Origin: an uncultured virus (IMG/VR IMGVR_UViG_3300031707_003496)
Taxonomy: Duplodnaviria; Heunggongvirae; Uroviricota; Caudoviricetes
Strand: one strand, 5' to 3'
Length of the DNA stretch: 64,000 nt
Virus record (IMG/VR): IMGVR_UViG_3300031707_003496
Shown: one piece after another, positions 40,441 to 49,940 of the stretch
How the letters are laid out: each line of letters starts with the position of its first letter
Position numbering within the stretch: position 1 is the first letter of the stretch
Position numbers and translations under genes: made by a program
Notes under the pieces: generated by a model
What the model was told of the DNA's origin: nothing
The model's input: the letters and a program-made list of their open reading frames with translations, nothing else
Database searches by the model: none

Positions 40441-40581
40441 ATGGAATTTAAAAAAGAGTGTTTGAGATGTGGGCACCGATGGATTGTCCGGAAAGAAAAG
40501 GAATCGGTTGTGTGTCCGGGTTGCCACAGTCCGTATTGGGATAACAAGCCGAGGGTTCGGAAGGTGAAGGTTCGTGGTTGA
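40441..40581 (+). CDS. Zn-ribbon microprotein (46 aa)
   Basis: MEFKKECLRCGHRWIVRKEKESVVCPGCHSPYW; follows TATAAA. Confidence 0.75.
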   Translation: MEFKKECLRCGHRWIVRKEKESVVCPGCHSPYWDNKPRVRKVKVRG

Positions 40582-40849
40582 ATCCAGGAAATGTATTTAC
40601 TTACACACGTGCCCGGGCAAGAGCGACCTGCCAGCGGTCCGACCGTATGCGTATTGTTATGCGTATGGGATCAGTGAGTGTCAAAGTGGTAAGTGGGAGA
40701 TTTCAGAGAAGTGTTGGACGGTAGAATAAGATGAAACTTTCACACGATCTATTTTACGGTTGGTCATGGTCCGAGAAGCGGCAGTATCTTGAGTTAAGAG
40801 CAAAGGAATATGAACGCAGGCGGGAATTAAAAGAGGGGAGGAAGCGGCG

Positions 40850-41143
40850 ATGACCCGGCAGATGCAGTTAGGGAATGTGTGTCCGGTTACGGATGAAGGG
40901 TGTCGGTTCCTGTCAATGGAATGGACCAGTCGCATCTTCACGAAGATTAAGAAGGACCCGCATACCGGATTATTCATACCGGATAAGATGGGCAGTCGGA
41001 AAGTATTGTTGGGCGGCCTATGTAACAACCATTATATCGGGAAGTCCGGGTGGGTAATTGAGATGAAGACCTGTCCGAGTATAGACGGGAAGGACGCCCA
41101 GCCGATTAAGATACCGGTGAAGCGGGGGAGGAAACCGAAATGA
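40850..41143 (+). CDS. Cys-containing hypothetical protein
   Basis: RBS GAGG; coupled to the next gene. Confidence 0.5.
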   Translation: MTRQMQLGNVCPVTDEGCRFLSMEWTSRIFTKIKKDPHTGLFIPDKMGSRKVLLGGLCNNHYIGKSGWVIEMKTCPSIDGKDAQPIKIPVKRGRKPK

Positions 41144-42012
41144 CACCAGAAACACAATTAACATTAAGCAATCTCTTTGATGGGAAGGAAATCCGCATTG
41201 CAGAACAATCAAATGATTATTGGTGGATAGTTGCGGATCTATCAAAAGCGTGGGACTTGCACAGGAATACCCTAAATGATATTATTGGCAGACATGAATG
41301 GAAGTTTGCAGGGAATTACACGACGATTGCACATGGGTCATGTGCAGGACTTATCGGAGTGAATGAGGTAGGGGTATATCTGCTTATGGGCGCTGTGCAC
41401 ATAAACCAGGTAAAGAATGAGAAGGCAAAAACCGCAATTAAGAAATTCAATAAAGCGTGGCCCGAACTGGTAAAATCATATCGAAAAGGGGAATTGGTCC
41501 CGCAACTCCCGCAATCAAAACAAGCGACTTTGGATTGTGTCAACCATTATCTTGACCTGGCGGATATCGCAATAAAAAGAAGCAACGTACCGAAAGAGAT
41601 AGCACACGGGCAGGCATGGGCATTAGCTGGTACTGAAACCGGGACTGAGATGGTTACAGCAGTAGCCGGATATATCAAAGCCCAGGCACCCCAGCAGCTT
41701 ATGATAACGGAAGCCATCCCGCAGGACAAAGCCGATTACGATATGTATTTCTCTCTTACTAAGGTAGCGACGGCATTGAAGTTACCGATTGATAAGGTCC
41801 GTAATGTCTTAGAGAGTTTAAATATAATCTATTTCGAGAACGGGTATTGGAAGCTGGGGAAGTATGGCGAGAAGTATGGGAAAGTGTTTATGGTTATGCC
41901 GGGGTATCCGTATCGTATGAACCAGAAAGCGTATATTAAATATAATCCGGAAGTGTTTGTATTATTAAGAAAGCATTTCGATATTGAGATACCGGTAACG
42001 AAGGTGGAGTGA
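41140..42012 (+). CDS. BRO-N/antirepressor (KilAC-like) DNA-binding protein
   Basis: FDGKEIRI..WWIVADL, INEVGVY-like motif, C-terminal FSLTKVATAL..VRNVLE. Confidence 0.65.
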   Translation: MTPETQLTLSNLFDGKEIRIAEQSNDYWWIVADLSKAWDLHRNTLNDIIGRHEWKFAGNYTTIAHGSCAGLIGVNEVGVYLLMGAVHINQVKNEKAKTAIKKFNKAWPELVKSYRKGELVPQLPQSKQATLDCVNHYLDLADIAIKRSNVPKEIAHGQAWALAGTETGTEMVTAVAGYIKAQAPQQLMITEAIPQDKADYDMYFSLTKVATALKLPIDKVRNVLESLNIIYFENGYWKLGKYGEKYGKVFMVMPGYPYRMNQKAYIKYNPEVFVLLRKHFDIEIPVTKVE

Positions 42013-42363
42013 ATGCCAGACTATATGGGATATAATGAAAAGACAATGATGAACGCAATCATCCATCAGGGATGGCACCCGATGTTTCGCAGGATTAATA
42101 AGTGTTGTGATAAATGCAAAAGCCGTGACTTCATTGTGGTTGTACAAAAAGAATTACCAAAAAGTGACGAGTGGGATAAACTTGAAATTCTCGTATTGCA
42201 TTGTCCCCATTGCGGGAATAAAGAACTAGATGTTGATGGTGTATATTTCCTACCGGAATTTCTACCCGATCAAGTATTACCTTGGATTGGATCATTTATC
42301 GCGTTATTCTGTTATCTCTATTCAAAACTTGAAATGATTTATCCCGAGACGAAGGTGGAGTGA
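42013..42363 (+). CDS. Zn-finger hypothetical protein flanked by a 15-bp direct repeat
   Basis: CDKC and CPHC; ACGAAGGTGGAGTGA on both sides. Confidence 0.55.
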   Translation: MPDYMGYNEKTMMNAIIHQGWHPMFRRINKCCDKCKSRDFIVVVQKELPKSDEWDKLEILVLHCPHCGNKELDVDGVYFLPEFLPDQVLPWIGSFIALFCYLYSKLEMIYPETKVE

Positions 42364-43055
42364 GATGACAACCGAACAACTCAGAAGAAGACTATCAAAA
42401 CTACAAGGGAAGTTATTCAAGTTGATTGCGGATATTGAATCTATTAAATTATTAATGGTTGGTGAATAATGACAATGATCCAATGCCCCAAATGTGGGAA
42501 GGTAACATTCCGGGTGGTTAATGTCATGGCGACTACTCAGTTAATCCATTACGCTTGCGGGAACTGTTGTCATAAAGAGCGGAGACCGTATGGTTGGGAT
42601 CAGGATGAGAAGAAGAAACATGAGAAGCAGATGAGGTTAGGGGAATGAGTAAAGTCGAGTATGGCAAATCAGCGAAGTGGTATTCTACACATTGCGGTCT
42701 GTGCGGGAAGTTGATGTGGGATACTGAGCCGAGAGTAAAAGGTCACGCAGTATTTAATAATGATAGCGAGCAGGACATCATCGCCCACGAAAATTGTGTG
42801 AAGAAAGAGAATATCCAGGTAGCGGTTAAGCAGACGAAAGAGTTGGGGAAGAAATGATTACCTGTCCTAAATGTAATTATCCTCAATATTGTGGATGCCC
42901 CTCTTGTAAATCAAAGATTCCAGAAGGAATAAAACCATATCTTCCCACAGAAGATGGCGAAGGATATATCTGTGCGAACTGTGGATTTGTGGGGAGTGCT
43001 GATTTCTGGTTAGATGAAACAGTAAGACAATTAAAAGAACAAGGGAAGTGGAAAG

Positions 43056-43547
43056 ATGCCTGACCTGAACGCAGCGATTAATGGACACCACAAGGAGATG
43101 CAACGGTGGTGGGCGTTACCGGAATATATCTGTGAACGGGAGAAGTTTGTATTACGGAACCCGGCCTGTATTAGATGCGGTAGACCGGCAGTATGTCCGG
43201 GACATGCACATGAAGACTACATTCTTTTTGAACGATATCTTGATGCGGTACGTACTGACAAGTGCGATCCCTTGTGTTCAGCGTGCAATCTTATGGAACG
43301 GAAAGGGATGCGGCCCTGTCCATTCTGCGTGAAAGAGTATCACGATAAGCAGCGGACTAAAATCAAGTATATCCCGGACGGGAAAGAGTATTGTTGGGAC
43401 CATCGCCCGGAAGAAGAGAAGGTGCAGGCCGAGAACCGGAAGTTAGTTCAGAAACAGTTTATCAAGACGATGCGGAAGATTACGAATGCGAAGAAGAGAG
43501 CGTTTTATCAGGATGTGGTGAGGAAGAATGGGAAGCGTACAGGATAA
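43056..43547 (+). CDS. Cys-rich HNH-like protein
   Basis: CIRCG..GHAH..PLCSACN, CPFC. Confidence 0.5.
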   Translation: MPDLNAAINGHHKEMQRWWALPEYICEREKFVLRNPACIRCGRPAVCPGHAHEDYILFERYLDAVRTDKCDPLCSACNLMERKGMRPCPFCVKEYHDKQRTKIKYIPDGKEYCWDHRPEEEKVQAENRKLVQKQFIKTMRKITNAKKRAFYQDVVRKNGKRTG

Positions 43548-44064
43548 AAATATTGCGTGGTATTTACCGCGACCGAAACCAGACCACTATAAAGGAGGGA
43601 TGCCATTATATGCAGAAGAATGGTTAATGGAGTTAGCAAGAAGACTCCTAAACAAGAACGACTATTCTAAAATATTAAATGTATTTTGCGGGATGAACAA
43701 ATATGGGATACGTGTCGATCTTAATCCAGAAGTGAAGCCAGATTATTTGGGCGACATTCACAAATTGAGTGAATTTTTACCAATGGATAAATATGATATT
43801 ATCTTTGCGGACCCGCCATACTCAAACGAAGAAACCGAAAAACTTTACAGTAAGGAGTATCCCAAATTGAATTACAGGAAGTGGACAGGAGAATGTACAA
43901 AATATTTAGCAGATGGGGGATTACTTATCGTCTATCACAAACAGATTCCAGCGAATCCAAACCCGGAAGTATACTCTGTTGTAAAGCGGGTTTTTATTGG
44001 GAACAGGATATGGCATCTACCGAGAGTGGCGATTTTCTTTCAGAAAAGGATTGATGTAGAATGA
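43528..44064 (+). CDS. small DNA adenine methyltransferase
   Basis: ILNVFCG, RVDLNPEVKPD, IIFADPPY. Confidence 0.8.
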   Translation: MGSVQDKNIAWYLPRPKPDHYKGGMPLYAEEWLMELARRLLNKNDYSKILNVFCGMNKYGIRVDLNPEVKPDYLGDIHKLSEFLPMDKYDIIFADPPYSNEETEKLYSKEYPKLNYRKWTGECTKYLADGGLLIVYHKQIPANPNPEVYSVVKRVFIGNRIWHLPRVAIFFQKRIDVE

Positions 44065-44269
44065 CCGAACCAATTAAGCGGTACTGCCTCGTATGCGGTG
44101 TACTGGTGAGCAAGACGATGACAGCGAATGAATTAGTACAGTGTGGTGCGGGTACGAATATGGGTGACGGGAGTATTTTGTTTCATTGTCGGAAACACAC
44201 GCAGGATGAGATTCGGGATGCGTTAGCGAGGGACATCCGGTTCCACCGGGCGAGCCAGGAGCAGCGGAG

Positions 44270-44518
44270 ATGAAACAATGCCCGAAGTATTCTGTGAATG
44301 GAAGGTGTCAGCCCCGGTGCGGGAACCGGGATGGTAGGTGTACGATGATTGGGAAGGACGAATCGTTTGTCGAGAACCTGAAAGTCGGGAATGAAGTTGT
44401 GGGACATCCCCTGGCGGGCACAATGATCTATAATGGAACGGATTGTAATACGACGGTTAAGATGTTAATGCGGGATACCCATACGTATCGTCAGATCCAT
44501 CCGGAAGTGAGGAAATGA
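44270..44518 (+). CDS. chimeric ORF: N-half of 46185-46316 fused to C-half of 29426-29779
   Basis: Direct-repeat and inverted-repeat segments join at ACGA, 44358-44361. Confidence 0.75.
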   Translation: MKQCPKYSVNGRCQPRCGNRDGRCTMIGKDESFVENLKVGNEVVGHPLAGTMIYNGTDCNTTVKMLMRDTHTYRQIHPEVRK

Positions 44519-45933
44519 CACTTGAACTGAACCAAATCTATAATATGGATTGTCTGGATGGGATGCGGCAGATTGAGGATAAGAGTATTGATGCAATCGT
44601 AACAGATCCCCCGTATGGATTAGAGTTCATGGGAAAAGAATGGGATTCATTTAAGATACGCAAAGATGGGTGGCAGGGATTAATCACGGCAGAGGCAAGG
44701 GGAGGAAACGATCTTTACACAAAAAAAGGATTCAAAACACTCCCCGAGTTTAGGTCTTTAAAGGCATCTGCAATGCCAGCTTATCAGGAATGGTGTAGGA
44801 TTTGGGCAATTGAAGCATTACGAGTATCTAAACCCGGTGCTCACATGCTGGCATTTGGTGGAACGAGAACCCATCACCGGTTGATGGTGGCGATTGAAGA
44901 TGCCGGGTGGGAGATACGGGATTGTCTGATGTGGGTGTATGGGAGCGGGTTTCCGAAGTCGTTGGATGTGAGTAAGGCGATTGATAAAGCGGCGGGGGTT
45001 GAGAGAGATGTTGTTGGGCAACGTGAAGATATTTTACAAAAACAAGCCGCAGATTTTCAAAGAGGACGTAGAAAAATACTTGATTCGTTTGAATCCGGCG
45101 CACCTGAAAGAAATAGTGGATTTGTAACTGTAAGTGCGGATATTACTGCCCCAACCACCCCTGCCGCAAAGGAATGGGATGGATGGGGGACTGCCCTGAA
45201 ACCTGCATGGGAACCAATCATCTTATGCAGGAAACCGTTGGAAGGAACGGTATCAGAGAACGTGCAGAAATGGGGAACGGGTGCGATTAATATTGATGGG
45301 TGCAGGGTAGAGTATCTATCTGATGCAGACAAATCAAGTGCAACCCCACAAGGAAAATGTACCAGTAAAGAAATATCTGCGATAGGTGCAGAACCAGATG
45401 CAGGGCGCAATTTAGAGAGGATTGATTTTATCCGCCCAGAACAGAAGGGGCGTTTCCCTGCAAATCTAATCCATGATGGTAGCGATGAAGTATTGGAAGG
45501 ATTTCCGCAAAATGCCGGTGCATTTGCCCCAGTCAAATCCGGGATGAATGGAAAGAGTAAAGGTATCTATGGGGACTTTGCACAGAAGGGAGATGATGGT
45601 GCAAGTTTCAGGGGAGATTCCGGTTCCGCATCCCGATTCTTCTATTGTGCGAAGGCATCTAAGTCAGAACGCAATCTTGGATTACCAGAAGGAACGACCA
45701 ACAAACATCCGACGGTAAAACCATTATCCTTAATCGAATATCTTATTAAATTAATCAGTGGTGAAGGGGGAACAGTTCTTGATCCATTTATGGGAAGTGG
45801 CACAACCGGGATAGCAAGTGTTCGGTTAGGTAGGAAGTTTATCGGATACGAACTTGATAAAGAATCATTTGTCACAGCAGAAACGAGATTAAAGAAAGCA
45901 CAGGAACAAGGCAAGATATCGGAGTGGTTCTAA
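44515..45933 (+). CDS. N6/N4 DNA methyltransferase (beta class)
   Basis: DCLDGM, VTDPPY, HPTVKP, VLDPFMGSGTTG. Confidence 0.95.
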   Translation: MTLELNQIYNMDCLDGMRQIEDKSIDAIVTDPPYGLEFMGKEWDSFKIRKDGWQGLITAEARGGNDLYTKKGFKTLPEFRSLKASAMPAYQEWCRIWAIEALRVSKPGAHMLAFGGTRTHHRLMVAIEDAGWEIRDCLMWVYGSGFPKSLDVSKAIDKAAGVERDVVGQREDILQKQAADFQRGRRKILDSFESGAPERNSGFVTVSADITAPTTPAAKEWDGWGTALKPAWEPIILCRKPLEGTVSENVQKWGTGAINIDGCRVEYLSDADKSSATPQGKCTSKEISAIGAEPDAGRNLERIDFIRPEQKGRFPANLIHDGSDEVLEGFPQNAGAFAPVKSGMNGKSKGIYGDFAQKGDDGASFRGDSGSASRFFYCAKASKSERNLGLPEGTTNKHPTVKPLSLIEYLIKLISGEGGTVLDPFMGSGTTGIASVRLGRKFIGYELDKESFVTAETRLKKAQEQGKISEWF

Positions 45934-45994
45934 TGGTGATAGAGGAAATGACTATAACTTATAAGAATTATAATTATTATCAGGAACAGTAATC

Positions 45995-46153
45995 ATGGAC
46001 GAAGAATGGACTACGGTAAGAATGTCGCGGGCAGTAAGAATATATTTAGAAGAGAACAGCGTGAACTACCGGAAGATGTTTGGCGTTAAGACCCGGGAAT
46101 CCATAGATAAAATAATACGGCGGATACTGGGTATTAAGGAAGGTGAGAAGTAA
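45995..46153 (+). CDS. RHH-like regulator, copy 2
   Basis: Same protein sequence as 28668-28826. Confidence 0.65.
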   Translation: MDEEWTTVRMSRAVRIYLEENSVNYRKMFGVKTRESIDKIIRRILGIKEGEK

Positions 46154-46184
46154 GCATGGCGGAATTTCAGGATGTGGTGAAGAA

Positions 46185-46316
46185 ATGACAAAGCAATGTC
46201 CGAAGTATTCCGTTAATGGAAGGTGTCAGCCCCGGTGCGGGAACCGGGATGGTAGGTGTACGATGATGGGGAAGGACGAGTGGTGTGCCCTGAAACCATC
46301 AGAGAAGAGGGTATGA
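46185..46316 (+). CDS. Cys-rich microprotein (43 aa)
   Basis: MTKQCPKYSVNGRCQPRCGNRDGRCTMMGKDEWC; 5' 90 bp repeated at 44273-44361. Confidence 0.55.
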   Translation: MTKQCPKYSVNGRCQPRCGNRDGRCTMMGKDEWCALKPSEKRV

Positions 46317-46554
46317 ACCGTTCCGAACTTTATGAAACGCTTGAGATACTATTCCTGGGACTGGTGTGCCTGAACGCAGTTATAGTATTTATCATTCCGG
46401 GTATTATATGTCGATTGGTGCAGGATAGGAAGGTTCAACAAAACTTGAATCGGAACACAGAAATAGTACGATAACCATTATGATTATTTCCTGAGCTGGT
46501 GAGACTCTGAATGACCGACAGTTAACTCTTGGGGAAGTATCGTCCGTCCGACAG

Positions 46555-47547
46555 GTGCGGGGGTTACGTGAGAACCAGCGGAAAATAATATCTCTTTTGA
46601 ATTGCGGGATGTGCCAGGCGGAGATTGCCCGGAAGATAAAGGTCAGTCGGTCGTATGTGAACCAGGTAATCAAGCGGCTGGAATCTCTTGGATTGATTCA
46701 GCGGGTTGACACGCATAAAACCAAACCCGGGATGCGGGCATACACTCTTTTTTACGAACTTTCACCGGAACTAAAGGCGAGGATTAAAGGCGATAAGGTA
46801 GCCGCACCCTTTACCGAAATGCGTACTCATCACATCCAGATGAAGTTTAAGGTCATTTCCCAGTCCGACAAACCAACGAAAGACAAACGAACCTCTTTTA
46901 ATAAATCATGGTTTATGCGGGGACAGTCAGAGCGGTTCAAGTACTGGTATATCGGAAGAGCCGGACTACCAAGTGTAAGCCTGACAGCACATCCTAAGAC
47001 TATAGTAATCACTATGGACAAAGGCCAGAAGATAGTTGCAGCGTCAGCGAAGGAAGCTGAACAGATGGCGGTACTGGCGTGTTATCAGGCGAAGGATAAG
47101 TTCGTCCAGGAACAAGCGAAGTTCGGGATCACGTTTGAAACGGAACATACCGGAGTACGGATTGGCAAGACGCACGTTGGGTTGGCATTCCATGAAGGCG
47201 GTCCTTTGGATTCACCGATTAACATACCCGGGATGTGGGTGGATAAGTCCGTTGAAAAAGAACTCGGCCCCGGGTTCAAGGAAGTGGAATCATATATCGA
47301 CCACGAGCTGGCGACACCGTTAGAGAAAGGAGTAATGGCCGTTGCAGCACTACCAGCGGCAATGAAAGAATTCACAGATAAACTGAATCCAATGTCAGAA
47401 TCCATTTTACAAGTTCAGGCAATGATGCAAGGCTCGATCACGAACCAACAGATGCTCGAGAATGTAACCAAGCTGATTAGTAGTGTACTGATTGAGATGC
47501 AATCTATCAGAGCTGAGAATGCGGAATTGAAAGCGAGGTTGGGTTAA
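46555..47547 (+). CDS. winged-HTH protein with uncharacterised central domain and coiled-coil tail
   Basis: QAEIARKIKVSRSYVNQVIKRLESLGLIQR wHTH. Confidence 0.65.
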   Translation: MRGLRENQRKIISLLNCGMCQAEIARKIKVSRSYVNQVIKRLESLGLIQRVDTHKTKPGMRAYTLFYELSPELKARIKGDKVAAPFTEMRTHHIQMKFKVISQSDKPTKDKRTSFNKSWFMRGQSERFKYWYIGRAGLPSVSLTAHPKTIVITMDKGQKIVAASAKEAEQMAVLACYQAKDKFVQEQAKFGITFETEHTGVRIGKTHVGLAFHEGGPLDSPINIPGMWVDKSVEKELGPGFKEVESYIDHELATPLEKGVMAVAALPAAMKEFTDKLNPMSESILQVQAMMQGSITNQQMLENVTKLISSVLIEMQSIRAENAELKARLG

Positions 47548-47802
47548 TGGTGTGTACGTTTTACAATTCAGGATTTAAAGATTGTACCATGCCATATTGT
47601 TATTATCCGAAAAGTTCAGAGGTTGATTGTCCAATTAAGAAAGAACATCTTGATAAGGTTGGTGTGATATGGCCGGAGTCCACCGGGCCACAACCGGGCG
47701 CACCGGGTTATCCACGGTATCCGAAACGGTATGGATGCCGGGAAGATTAACTTTCACACCCTTTCGGAAGATATAAATAATTCAAATACCATATAATATA
47801 AT

Positions 47803-47931
47803 ATGGTTTTACCAAAGTTTAGTTGCCTTCGATGTGGGCATACCTGGATACCACGTACTGATAAACCACCGGTGCAATGCCCGAAATGTCGGAGTCCGTT
47901 TTGGGATAGGGAAAGGAAGGTGAAGAAGTGA
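47803..47931 (+). CDS. Zn-ribbon microprotein (42 aa) leading the R-M operon
   Basis: MVLPKFSCLRCGHTWIPRTDKPPVQCPKCRSPFWDRERKVKK. Confidence 0.75.
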   Translation: MVLPKFSCLRCGHTWIPRTDKPPVQCPKCRSPFWDRERKVKK

Positions 47932-47932
47932 C

Positions 47933-48649
47933 ATGGGGGTATCAAATAAAAATGGGAACCCTTTCTGGCCAATAAAGGAAACCCCCTCTATAAAACTAAA
48001 AAGGGGTGGAAAAAAAGTAGGTAAATATGATTATATACATAATTTTTATAACCTAGAATATAACGAAGGCTTGGATCAGATTATCGCAAAACTCATACCT
48101 ATTGAAGAATACCCAGAATATATGAAAAAAATGGTAAAGTTAATAACCGGAGGTGGGAACGCATCACTCCACGGAAAATCCCAACAAGATATGATAGCCT
48201 CATTCCTCGATGGTTTTATACTTACACATCCGGAAATATCATATAAAAGATTCTTCTGTAATTATAAAAGCAAAAGAGAAAAAATTTTCTGCAAAAACCC
48301 ATACGGTGCAGTTATAAATCCCGATTTTGTAGTGTATGGTATTCCGAAATATCCCCACGGGCTTGTAATATCTTCAAAGTATCAATCCGTTTCTGGAACT
48401 GGTGACGAAAAACTCGAACATCTATATAAGGATGTAACCGAATACTTTCCAAAAAATGTGCGTGTTTTAGTTGTGATTGAATATGTTGCAGAAAACGGAT
48501 CTCCCCCCGGGGTACAACGGAAGTTAACCATTGCAGAAAACGAGTTCAGGGATGATGTATCCAAATATAAACAAAATGGTGGAGAAATGTTTGTAGATAT
48601 TATAAAGTTATCACAACTCATCCGATTCTTTACAGAGGTAATGAAATGA
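47933..48649 (+). CDS. PD-(D/E)XK type II restriction endonuclease-like protein
   Basis: INPDFVV...ISSKYQSVSGTGDEKL; adjacent to an MTase; low GC. Confidence 0.7.
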   Translation: MGVSNKNGNPFWPIKETPSIKLKRGGKKVGKYDYIHNFYNLEYNEGLDQIIAKLIPIEEYPEYMKKMVKLITGGGNASLHGKSQQDMIASFLDGFILTHPEISYKRFFCNYKSKREKIFCKNPYGAVINPDFVVYGIPKYPHGLVISSKYQSVSGTGDEKLEHLYKDVTEYFPKNVRVLVVIEYVAENGSPPGVQRKLTIAENEFRDDVSKYKQNGGEMFVDIIKLSQLIRFFTEVMK

Positions 48650-49488
48650 TTAATTTAAACACCGCCACGACCACCGACGCAGTTGAGGGTATGAAACAAA
48701 TTTCAACAAATAGTATTGACCTTACTGTGACATCCCCCCCATATGATAACCTCAGAGATTATAATGGGGGTTCATTTAACATTAAAACAATTACCGAAGA
48801 ATTGTTTCGTATTACTAAACCAGGGGGTGTTGTTGTTTGGGTAGTTGCCGACAGTGTTGTTAATGGTGGAGAAACAGGAACTTCTTTTCGACATGCTCTA
48901 CAGTTTATGGACGCTGGATTTTTATTAAATGATACTATGATATATATGAGAACCGGCACCACCTTCTCAGAATCAGGGAAACGGTATACTCAAATGTTTG
49001 ACTATATGTTTATCTTTAGTAAGGGAATCCCAAAAACTTTTAATTGTATAAAGGATGTTCCCAAACTTTGGGAAGGGTCATGGGGTCGTAGTAGTGTTAG
49101 ACAGAAGAATGGGTCTTTACGGGACACACAACATGAAAAAAGCGGGACTGCAACTATACGAGACGAGAGTGGAAAATATGGGTGGAAAACTCGGCCAAAC
49201 GTATGGATTTATATTAGTGGTGGAAAATTCAAACACCCGGATTGGGATATAGCAAAAGAACATCCAGCGACATTCCCATATCTTCTAGCAGAAGATCATA
49301 TATTGTCTTGGAGCAATGAAGGAGATATTATTCTGGATCCCTTCTGCGGTAGTGGTACTGTTGGTCTTGCTGCAAAAAAAAATAGAAGAAATTACATCCT
49401 CTTCGATATTTCAAAAGAATATGTTGGTATCACAGAGAAACGTTTAAAAAAAGAAAGTTATGGTGTATTTTGGGAAAGGATAAGATAA
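48646..49488 (+). CDS. N4-cytosine/N6-adenine DNA methyltransferase
   Basis: VTSPPY, HPATFP, ILDPFCGSGT. Confidence 0.95.
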   Translation: MINLNTATTTDAVEGMKQISTNSIDLTVTSPPYDNLRDYNGGSFNIKTITEELFRITKPGGVVVWVVADSVVNGGETGTSFRHALQFMDAGFLLNDTMIYMRTGTTFSESGKRYTQMFDYMFIFSKGIPKTFNCIKDVPKLWEGSWGRSSVRQKNGSLRDTQHEKSGTATIRDESGKYGWKTRPNVWIYISGGKFKHPDWDIAKEHPATFPYLLAEDHILSWSNEGDIILDPFCGSGTVGLAAKKNRRNYILFDISKEYVGITEKRLKKESYGVFWERIR

Positions 49489-49538
49489 AATCACAAACCC
49501 CAACATATAAATAATATCAATTACATATATTAACAACA

Positions 49539-49940
49539 ATGAAACTTACAGAACTATTAACTGACTGCGGATTCAACGTACCGCTAGCGAGGATATTAGT
49601 TTACTTCCTGGAACACCGGGGGAAGCACCTATCATCCCGGGAGATTGAGCGGGGTGCGGATGTCCGGCAACCGGAAGTCTCGCACGGATTAGCGGACTTA
49701 ATCAAGCGGGGATGGATTAGCGAGATGGAACCGTTAGCAAACGTCTCACAGGGACGGCCGATCAAACAATATATGATTTCCGTCTCAAGCGAAACGATTT
49801 ACGGCGACATTGAAGGCGGGTTCAAGACGGACATCAAGAAACTACAGGACACGTTAGTACAGTTGAAAGTGGCAATGATCCCTTCTGAGAAGGGTGAGCG
49901 TATTGTAAACAAACAAGTTACACAGGAAAGATTAGTATGA
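49539..49940 (+). CDS. HTH transcriptional regulator (COG4738-like, methanogen type)
   Basis: SSREIERGADVRQPEVS...GRPIKQY. Confidence 0.75.
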   Translation: MKLTELLTDCGFNVPLARILVYFLEHRGKHLSSREIERGADVRQPEVSHGLADLIKRGWISEMEPLANVSQGRPIKQYMISVSSETIYGDIEGGFKTDIKKLQDTLVQLKVAMIPSEKGERIVNKQVTQERLV

